A DNA stretch of 64,000 bases. Source: an uncultured Gammaproteobacteria bacterium (GTDB taxonomy: Bacteria; Patescibacteriota; Microgenomatia; UBA1406; HO2-37-13b). The DNA is taken from the NCBI GenBank assembly GCA_964422025.1, contig CAYQYZ010000001.1, forward strand, positions 184,200 to 248,199, read 5' to 3'. The notes under the pieces were generated by a model that was not told the DNA's origin, ran no database searches, and saw only the letters and a program-made list of their open reading frames with translations. A program made the position numbers and the translations under genes. Below are positions 56,815 to 64,000 of the stretch, piece after piece. How positions within the stretch are numbered: position 1 is the stretch's first letter; each line of letters starts with the position of its first letter.

Positions 56815-57873
56815 ATGAAATCAATACTAACTCATTTACGAAAAAATGCGAACGCAATTTTGAATGCAAACAGTATTGCAGTCGATTTTGGAACAACAAC
56901 AACTCGAATCGCAATTTTTGGAAAAGGAGTAGTTCTGCGCGAACCTACGTTTATTGGTCTGAATAACCGCACTAACGAATATATTTTCTTTGGAAACGAG
57001 GCTTACGAGATTTTTGGCAAGGCTCCATCATTCATTTCTATCATCCACCCGGTAGATTACGCAATTATTTCCGATTTCGACTCGTCGGTCAAACTCTTAG
57101 AGAGATTTTTCGAGAAAGCCGTACATCCGTTTTTTTTCAAAAACAGGCTTTTTAAATCTAAATATACTGCCTATACCACAGTTCCTGCGTCGGCTACAGA
57201 GGTGGAGCAGAGAGCAATAGAGGAAGCGTTAATTAAGGCAGGTGCGGGAAGCGTACGAATTCTAGAAAAATCTATTGCAACAGGGTACGGAGCAGATCTG
57301 CCCGTTTTTTCAAATGACCCGGCATTTATTATCGACTTAGGAGCAGGACTCATTGAAATGGCAATCGTTACCACCGGCGGCATTATTGCTTCAAAAACGG
57401 TTCGTTCAGGCGGTCTGGCCATGGACACCGTTATTAAAAACTACATTCATCTTAAATATGGAATGGTTATTGGGGAGTCTACAGCTCAAAAACTTAAAAA
57501 CGGACTCATGTCATTTGACGATGAAAAAAAGGTACTCACCGTTCGTGGAAAATCGCTTGAAAATGGCCTACCACGTTCAATACGAGTGACATCAGCCGAC
57601 GTTCGTGAAGCTCTCATCGCCAGTTTTAATGGAATTGTGGACGGAATCAAAGATATACTCGAAACGGTAGCTCCTGAAGTTGTTGATGGAATTGTAAAAA
57701 ACGGAATTACTCTCGCCGGAGGATTGGCCAATATTCCCGATATCGATAAATACATAATGCAAGACATTAAAATTCCGGTAAATGTTCCTGAAAACCCGCA
57801 AGACGCGACTATTCATGGAATACTCAAATTACTGGGGAATAAGGAGAGATTGGAACGAGTAATTATTCGGTAA
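56815..57873 (+). CDS. MreB-like actin-family cytoskeletal protein
   Basis: AVDFGTTTTRIA (phosphate 1), IIDLGAGLIEMAIVTTGGI (phosphate 2), ITLAGGLANIPDID (adenosine motif). ~350 aa. Confidence 0.65.
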   Translation: MKSILTHLRKNANAILNANSIAVDFGTTTTRIAIFGKGVVLREPTFIGLNNRTNEYIFFGNEAYEIFGKAPSFISIIHPVDYAIISDFDSSVKLLERFFEKAVHPFFFKNRLFKSKYTAYTTVPASATEVEQRAIEEALIKAGAGSVRILEKSIATGYGADLPVFSNDPAFIIDLGAGLIEMAIVTTGGIIASKTVRSGGLAMDTVIKNYIHLKYGMVIGESTAQKLKNGLMSFDDEKKVLTVRGKSLENGLPRSIRVTSADVREALIASFNGIVDGIKDILETVAPEVVDGIVKNGITLAGGLANIPDIDKYIMQDIKIPVNVPENPQDATIHGILKLLGNKERLERVIIR

Positions 57874-57876
57874 ATT

Positions 57877-59652
57877 ATGTTTAAAACACTTCACTACGCT
57901 TGGGAAACGCTCAAAACTTCTTATGAGGCCAACGGAATATTTGCGCCACTTTCTATTTTTTCAAAAATATATGAAAATACACTCTTTCCTTTTTTCCAAA
58001 TCTTCCTTCTTTCTCAAATTCTCAATCTCCTCCAGCGTAACCAGCAGCTACAGTTTTCAGATCTAAGCACCTATGCACTGTGGTATGTTATGGCAGCTTT
58101 AACAAAGATACTCTTAGTTAGCTGGATAAATCAGTATCCGGTTGATATTCGATTTGAAGCTCACATTGACAAGCTAATCATTGGAAAATTAACAACTCTT
58201 GATCCTGCGACTTTTGAAAGCTCGCAATTCCAAGAACTGCTTACTCAAATCGAAACAACAAAAGGAACAATGTTAGCACAACTGGAAAGAATAACTGGTT
58301 CTATTGATGCAATTTCTAAAATCATAACCGCAACTCTTGTTCTTCTTCCTATATTCCCACTTTTTGTTCCTCTCATTCTAGTATCAGTAATTCCTTCATT
58401 TTATGTCGGAAATGAATTTCGCAAAAAGCTATGGCCTTACTACACGAGTAAGAAAAGTCCGCTTGATCGACTGACACAATATGTTAAAGATCTTCTTTCG
58501 CAAGACAGTACTTCTAAAGAAGCTACAATTTTTCACACCGGCCCTGTTTTACAGAATAAAGTTATATCAGCCCAGGATGCGTATAAAGTTGGGTATAACA
58601 AGATTAATAATCCATTTATTATAAAAATTTGGGCAAGTAACGTATTTCAACAGATCATTTTTTTATGGACCCAATATGTTAATTTACTGGCCGTATTAAA
58701 AGGAACCTTAGGAATTGGTCAATTTTCGCTAGCGTTTCAACAAACGCTCAGCTTAGCAACGGGCTCACAGCAAGTACTTGATATGTATTCGAGCATGACC
58801 ATGCGCACGCAAATAATTAGTAAATTTTATGAATTTCTCGACTACAAACCCGCAATTATGTCTCCATCCGAACCAATTCAATTACCAACTGCTCCCACAC
58901 CACCGAAAATAGAATTTAAAGATGTTACCTTTCGGTATCCTAAAACGAAACGCGATATTCTTAAGAATTTTAATATAACTATTGAACCCGGTGAAAAGAT
59001 CGCGCTCGTTGGAGAAAATGGCGCCGGTAAAACAACAATTATTAAACTTTTATTGCGCTTTTACGATGTAGCAGAAGGAGAGATTCTTATTAATGGAGTG
59101 AATATTAGCAAACTCTCCCTCGACGAGTGGCATAATCATTTCGGAGCGCTATTCCAAGATTTTATTAAGTATCAATTTACTTTTAAGGAGAATGTATATT
59201 TCGGCATGAGCGATGAGAAAAATAATGTTGAACTATTGCAAGCGGCTTTGACTAAGTCGGGTGCAAGTAGGTACATGGATCAATTGCCCAAGGGAATGGA
59301 TCAAGTTGTAGGAAAAATGTTTGATGGTGGAATTGATTTATCGGGTGGACAATGGCAAAAATTAGCTCTTGCACGAGCGTTTTTTAGAAATGCCCCCATT
59401 TTGATTCTCGATGAGCCTACAAGCGCAATCGATGCTAAAGCCGAATATGAGATTTTTGAAAATGTTCAGAAATTACAAAAAGATAAAACAGTCATTATTA
59501 TTTCTCACCGATTTTCAACCGTCCGCAATGCCGACAGAATTCTTGTTTTAGATGGAGGAAAAATTATTGAGCAGGGGAATCATGAAAAGTTAATGAAGGA
59601 AAAAGGAACGTACGTACAATTGTTCGAGATTCAGGCGAAAGGGTATAAGTAA
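57877..59652 (+). CDS. ABC transporter, fused permease/ATP-binding exporter (MsbA-like)
   Basis: 6-TM domain then Walker A LVGENGAGKTT, signature LSGGQWQKLALARAF, Walker B ILILDEPTSAID and H-loop SHR. Confidence 0.85.
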   Translation: MFKTLHYAWETLKTSYEANGIFAPLSIFSKIYENTLFPFFQIFLLSQILNLLQRNQQLQFSDLSTYALWYVMAALTKILLVSWINQYPVDIRFEAHIDKLIIGKLTTLDPATFESSQFQELLTQIETTKGTMLAQLERITGSIDAISKIITATLVLLPIFPLFVPLILVSVIPSFYVGNEFRKKLWPYYTSKKSPLDRLTQYVKDLLSQDSTSKEATIFHTGPVLQNKVISAQDAYKVGYNKINNPFIIKIWASNVFQQIIFLWTQYVNLLAVLKGTLGIGQFSLAFQQTLSLATGSQQVLDMYSSMTMRTQIISKFYEFLDYKPAIMSPSEPIQLPTAPTPPKIEFKDVTFRYPKTKRDILKNFNITIEPGEKIALVGENGAGKTTIIKLLLRFYDVAEGEILINGVNISKLSLDEWHNHFGALFQDFIKYQFTFKENVYFGMSDEKNNVELLQAALTKSGASRYMDQLPKGMDQVVGKMFDGGIDLSGGQWQKLALARAFFRNAPILILDEPTSAIDAKAEYEIFENVQKLQKDKTVIIISHRFSTVRNADRILVLDGGKIIEQGNHEKLMKEKGTYVQLFEIQAKGYK

Positions 59653-59663
59653 AATTCCGAACA

Positions 59664-60200
59664 CTATTCACTCTCATGCAGCTTCACTTCAAACGGAGCA
59701 CCTTTAAATCCGTTCTTAATATCGTCATTCAGTCGATCGCGAATCCAAAATGGATAGAGCGTTAATGATCGAATTCGATCTAGCGGAACCCATTGGGGAA
59801 TATATACTCCATTTCCCGCATTCATTTTCAATTGTTCAATCGAATCAGCATGCAGAGCAGGTTCGCCTGACACGTACGAACACAAATAGAATAACTGGGT
59901 ATTTCTTTCTGGACGCTGCTCAAAGTATGTAATTTTATAAAGAAGTTTGTTTAATTCAACGGCGATCAATGTTTCTTCTTCAAGCTCTCTGACAGCGGCT
60001 TGTTCGGGAGTTTCACCTTCTTCAACCCCACCTCCGGGAAATACATAATAATGCTGATCGCCCCTCTTTCGTTCCATCAGTAAAACAGAAGAATCTTTAA
60101 TCACAATTCCAGCAGCTCGAGTATCGGTACGCATAGAATAAGTATACCAGAGGTAATTTACATATTGCTTTTTGAAAAGCATGTGATATACTTTACTCAA
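59664..60200 (-). CDS. Nudix hydrolase
   Basis: GGGVEEGETPEQAAVRELEEETLI Nudix box. The actual start may be an internal Met (60133). Confidence 0.65.
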   Translation of the reverse strand: MSKVYHMLFKKQYVNYLWYTYSMRTDTRAAGIVIKDSSVLLMERKRGDQHYYVFPGGGVEEGETPEQAAVRELEEETLIAVELNKLLYKITYFEQRPERNTQLFYLCSYVSGEPALHADSIEQLKMNAGNGVYIPQWVPLDRIRSLTLYPFWIRDRLNDDIKNGFKGAPFEVKLHESE

Positions 60201-60225
60201 CTAAAGCAATTTAGTTAACTAAAGT

Positions 60226-60555
60226 ATGAAAAATAAAACCGATTGGAAAACGAAAGAAATTGACGCACTTTTTGAAGCCATTTTATTGCTTGAAAGCAAA
60301 ACCGAAGCTGCAAATTTTTTCCGCGATTTATTAACTGAGCCAGAACTTGCCGAATTTGCAAATCGCTGGAAAGTTGCACAATTACTCGCTAATAAAACTC
60401 CGTATTCAACTATTGAAAAGCAGACTGGAATGAGTTCCACCACCATTGCTCGTATTAGTAAATGGGTTAACAGCGGCACCGGTGGCTACAAAAAAGCTCT
60501 CTTAAAATCAAACCATCACCATCATAATCTCACCTCATTCGAGGAAGATTCTTGA
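60226..60555 (+). CDS. YerC/YecD (TrpR-like) family DNA-binding protein
   Basis: LTEPELAEFANRWKVAQLLANKTPYSTIEKQTGMSSTTIARISKWV resembles TrpR/YerC. C-terminal His run. Confidence 0.55.
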   Translation: MKNKTDWKTKEIDALFEAILLLESKTEAANFFRDLLTEPELAEFANRWKVAQLLANKTPYSTIEKQTGMSSTTIARISKWVNSGTGGYKKALLKSNHHHHNLTSFEEDS

Positions 60556-60583
60556 TGGCTTAATCATCTTTAAGACCTCATGA

Positions 60584-60610
60584 AACCTTCTCGAAAGAGA
60601 AGGTTTTTTT
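60584..60610 (+). terminator. Rho-independent terminator
   Basis: accttctc-gaaa-gagaaggt hairpin followed by a T7 run. Confidence 0.7.
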
Positions 60611-60626
60611 ATTAGTTCGTACATTT

Positions 60627-61001
60627 ATGAAACAAGTAATAATTTTTGATTTCTATAAAACAATTTTTGATCCAATTACTCTGAAACTGTATTGGGGCGT
60701 GCGTTTGTTGCTTAAAAAGTTAACTAGAAATTATGATCTAGTTTTAATTACGACTGGCGACAGAAAGAGAAAGGAACAAATCGAAAATCTAAATATTTCG
60801 ATATATTTTGATGAAATTATTGTTTGCGAGCGTAAGAGTGAGTCTGTTTACAACAAATACCCAAATCCCATCATAGTTGGAGATAGAGATGACGAGGAGA
60901 TTCATTTTGCTAAGCTCCTGGGGTTTAGATTTATAAAAATTGATGCCGAAATTACCAAACCATATAAATTGTTAAAAATTAGATTGAAAAAATACGTATG
61001 A
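60627..61001 (+). CDS. Small hypothetical protein, possibly a truncated HAD-like fold
   Basis: ORF track. IIFDFYKTIF...LVLITTGDRK...IVGDRDDE is loosely HAD-like. Confidence 0.35.
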   Translation: MKQVIIFDFYKTIFDPITLKLYWGVRLLLKKLTRNYDLVLITTGDRKRKEQIENLNISIYFDEIIVCERKSESVYNKYPNPIIVGDRDDEEIHFAKLLGFRFIKIDAEITKPYKLLKIRLKKYV

Positions 61002-62101
61002 ATTCAGAAAATTTACCCATACTTGAACGGCGATATACTCAACAGACTCCCTACTATGAACAGCTGGCCTCATGGAGAGAAGGCATGAGATATCGGTATT
61101 CTCCTGATATGTACCTCATAACTCAAAACCAATTCGTAGCTCTAAATAGATGTGGTGCGCTAATGGGTGAAATGCTCGATAGATCCTTGGGGGAACAAAT
61201 TCTAGAATTCCGAGTTGACTTTGTATGCGGAAAAGACGATAGGTTGTATGCTACAGAAGTGCAAACAGACGATCGAGGTTTCCCAGCTATGCTCGCAACT
61301 AGGAATGCGACTGGAACACCACAACCAGAACTCCTTTCAGGCGTAGCGGCACCGTTAGTAGCTGCAATGGAGAGAACTGTGGGAAAGCCTAACTTTGATT
61401 TACTCATAACGTATGATGATTATGAGCAATTTTATTATTCTGGTTTTAGCGATGTTTCCAGAATTCTTTGGGATCAGAATCCACAAGCATCATTTTTAGT
61501 CGCACCAAGGAGTGCTATAGCAACAAATGAAAATTCAACAATCTTAACTGTTCCTAACGAAGGTGTTGTACTACAAATCAAGCCTGACTTGATATGGAAT
61601 TTCTCTTCAGATCCTCTACCTGGTAGAGTTATCCAACCTATGGTCAATAAACAAGTATTGTTGGATGCATGGCGATCTGAGGATCCTCTATATCGACAGC
61701 TGCGAGAATTTATTCCAGAAGCTCGTCCAATCGATTTTGAAGGAATGAAGGATGAGAAAAATGACTGGATTTTGAAACCATTAGATGGAAAGTGGAGTCG
61801 CGGTATTACAATCGGGCCACAAGTCTCTGAAGATAAATGGATAAAGGCATTAAGACGAGAAGAGGGATTAATAGCACAGCGTTATATTCCACCACGTACT
61901 GACTGGTTGACAGTTCGTAAGAAGAAAAGTACATACTCAACATATTCAGAGGAACCCCTATATTCTCGTGTTGAGGGATATTATTGCCGAACTCCGCAGG
62001 GCTGGAAATTAGTAGATGTTTTGGCTACATGTACTCCTGATATCCCTGTTCACGGCAAACGTGACTGTATCATGATTCCTGGAGTAATCGCTGATTCGTA
62101 G
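60998..62101 (+). CDS. Hypothetical protein, 367 aa, possibly ATP-grasp-like
   Basis: ORF track. WILKPLDGKWSRGITIG loosely resembles an ATP-grasp phosphate loop. Visibly higher G+C than its neighbours. Confidence 0.4.
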   Translation: MNSENLPILERRYTQQTPYYEQLASWREGMRYRYSPDMYLITQNQFVALNRCGALMGEMLDRSLGEQILEFRVDFVCGKDDRLYATEVQTDDRGFPAMLATRNATGTPQPELLSGVAAPLVAAMERTVGKPNFDLLITYDDYEQFYYSGFSDVSRILWDQNPQASFLVAPRSAIATNENSTILTVPNEGVVLQIKPDLIWNFSSDPLPGRVIQPMVNKQVLLDAWRSEDPLYRQLREFIPEARPIDFEGMKDEKNDWILKPLDGKWSRGITIGPQVSEDKWIKALRREEGLIAQRYIPPRTDWLTVRKKKSTYSTYSEEPLYSRVEGYYCRTPQGWKLVDVLATCTPDIPVHGKRDCIMIPGVIADS

Positions 62102-62102
62102 G

Positions 62103-62726
62103 CTAGGACAGAGTGGGCTTCATAAGCAAGTTTATCTTTTTGCCCAGTCTGAATTTGATCAGCATAAAAACGATCAAATCGAATAAGAAAAGGTATAAAG
62201 GAAAGCCCCAGTATGCGAAGGTCCATGTTTTAAATGTGAGCATAGTTATGGACAGGCTAATAAGAGCTGATAAAAATTCAACCCAGTTTTCTGTTTCTGG
62301 AAACTTATATGATTTAATCAAAGTGGGGATTCCTGCCAATAAATCGGCAAAAATACTAAAAATAATTGCTGTATTAGCATCTTTTGATATGTACCATGCT
62401 ATTAGTCCTGAGACTGAAAGCGCACCACATACCATATCGAACCGTGTCAGCTTCCAATAAGCTTGTTTATTGATGAAAGAACTCAAAAAAACAAGCAAAG
62501 GTACAAGTCCCACAACAAAGGTTGCAAGTGCTTGAAGTCCGACTCCTTGACTCATTTGAGCAAAAGAGGCAATCATCACGGGAACTGCCCACAGTGCCCA
62601 ACTGATCCTATTTGGCTTTGCTTTACCAATAAGAGTGTCTTTAATGTAGCTGATTCCTCCTAAAAGATTGATGATTACTCCAAGATAGATAAAATTCTCA
62701 TTAATCATGACTGCATGATAGCACAT
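62103..62726 (-). CDS. Hypothetical polytopic membrane protein
   Basis: 207 aa with ~6 hydrophobic segments. Confidence 0.45.
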   Translation of the reverse strand: MCYHAVMINENFIYLGVIINLLGGISYIKDTLIGKAKPNRISWALWAVPVMIASFAQMSQGVGLQALATFVVGLVPLLVFLSSFINKQAYWKLTRFDMVCGALSVSGLIAWYISKDANTAIIFSIFADLLAGIPTLIKSYKFPETENWVEFLSALISLSITMLTFKTWTFAYWGFPLYLFLFDLIVFMLIKFRLGKKINLLMKPTLS

Positions 62727-62733
62727 TTTACCC

Positions 62734-62762
62734 TTGCAATTCCAGCCTTGGACGTATATAAT
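62734..62762 (+). promoter_or_regulatory. Candidate rRNA operon promoter (-35 TTGCAA, 17-nt spacer, -10 TATAAT)
   Basis: TTGCAA at 62734-62739 and TATAAT at 62757-62762, ~180 nt upstream of the 16S 5' end. Confidence 0.45.
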
Positions 62763-62943
62763 TTACCTACTTCGAAACATTCGAGAGTTCGGTTACTGTT
62801 TCGCGCACGTTAACAATATGGATGTGGTGGAAAAACTAGTTTAGTTTTCTACAAAATACCAATGCCTATTCTACCGACACCGCAAGGTGAGGCCGGAATG
62901 GTATAGTATTATTTTTGAAAGTTTTTTATAAAAATTTTATTTA

Positions 62944-64000
<1,057 letters not shown>

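Overview
This window looks like a Candidate Phyla Radiation (Patescibacteria)-type chromosome segment, read by eye from the sequence and ORF track only. The evidence for that placement is compact, partly reduced housekeeping genes (a short PheT and a PPIase-less trigger factor), a complete type IV pilus locus, and a 16S gene with non-canonical universal-primer sites.

Layout:
- 1-11.7 kb: an accessory, mobile-element-like region. It holds a phage-type primase-helicase (Toprim plus P-loop, running off the left edge) with a separate CHC2 zinc-finger ORF. It also holds a Cro/CI-like XRE regulator with operator-like repeats and an orphan terminase small subunit. Next to these sits an adjacent two-gene cassette: a 591-aa helical protein with a C-terminal HEPN-like R-x4-H (DUF4209-like) motif, followed by an HNH-nuclease protein. 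AT-rich hypotheticals and DUF4256/DUF1905 genes follow. I flag the cassette as a candidate undescribed defence/abortive-infection module carried on a satellite/PICI-like element.
- 11.8-16.6 kb: a NirK-like copper nitrite reductase, a histidine phosphatase, a HAD hydrolase, an HD hydrolase and two secreted glucosaminidase-like paralogs.
- 16.6 kb: tRNA-Leu(TAG), preceded by a tandem partial copy of its own 5' half.
- 16.9-21.8 kb: two giant paralogous surface proteins (FG-GAP and Ig-like) that share a C-terminal domain.
- 22-31.6 kb: tig, tRNA-Val, a DnaQ-exonuclease/GIY-YIG fusion, Nudix, then thrS-infC-rpmI-rplT-pheS-pheT.
- 31.6-38.8 kb: PBP1A, recG, a DNA-alkylation-repair protein, then rpmF-nusB-rnc-rpsP-KH.
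- 38.8-48.5 kb: type IV pilus locus (pilO/N/M, four pilins or pseudopilins, pilB/T/C and a major pilin with terminator).
- 48.5-56.8 kb: glycosylation-type genes directly after the pilin (DUF2723-like+TPR, YfhO-like, methyltransferase, GT2, Wzy_C-like+TPR), suggesting pilin or surface glycosylation.
- 56.8-62.7 kb: MreB-like, ABC exporter, Nudix, a YerC-like regulator and hypotheticals.
- 62.9 kb to end: rRNA promoter and the 5' ~1.06 kb of a 16S rRNA gene.

No CRISPR array was seen. All functional calls rest on remembered family motifs, not on searches.
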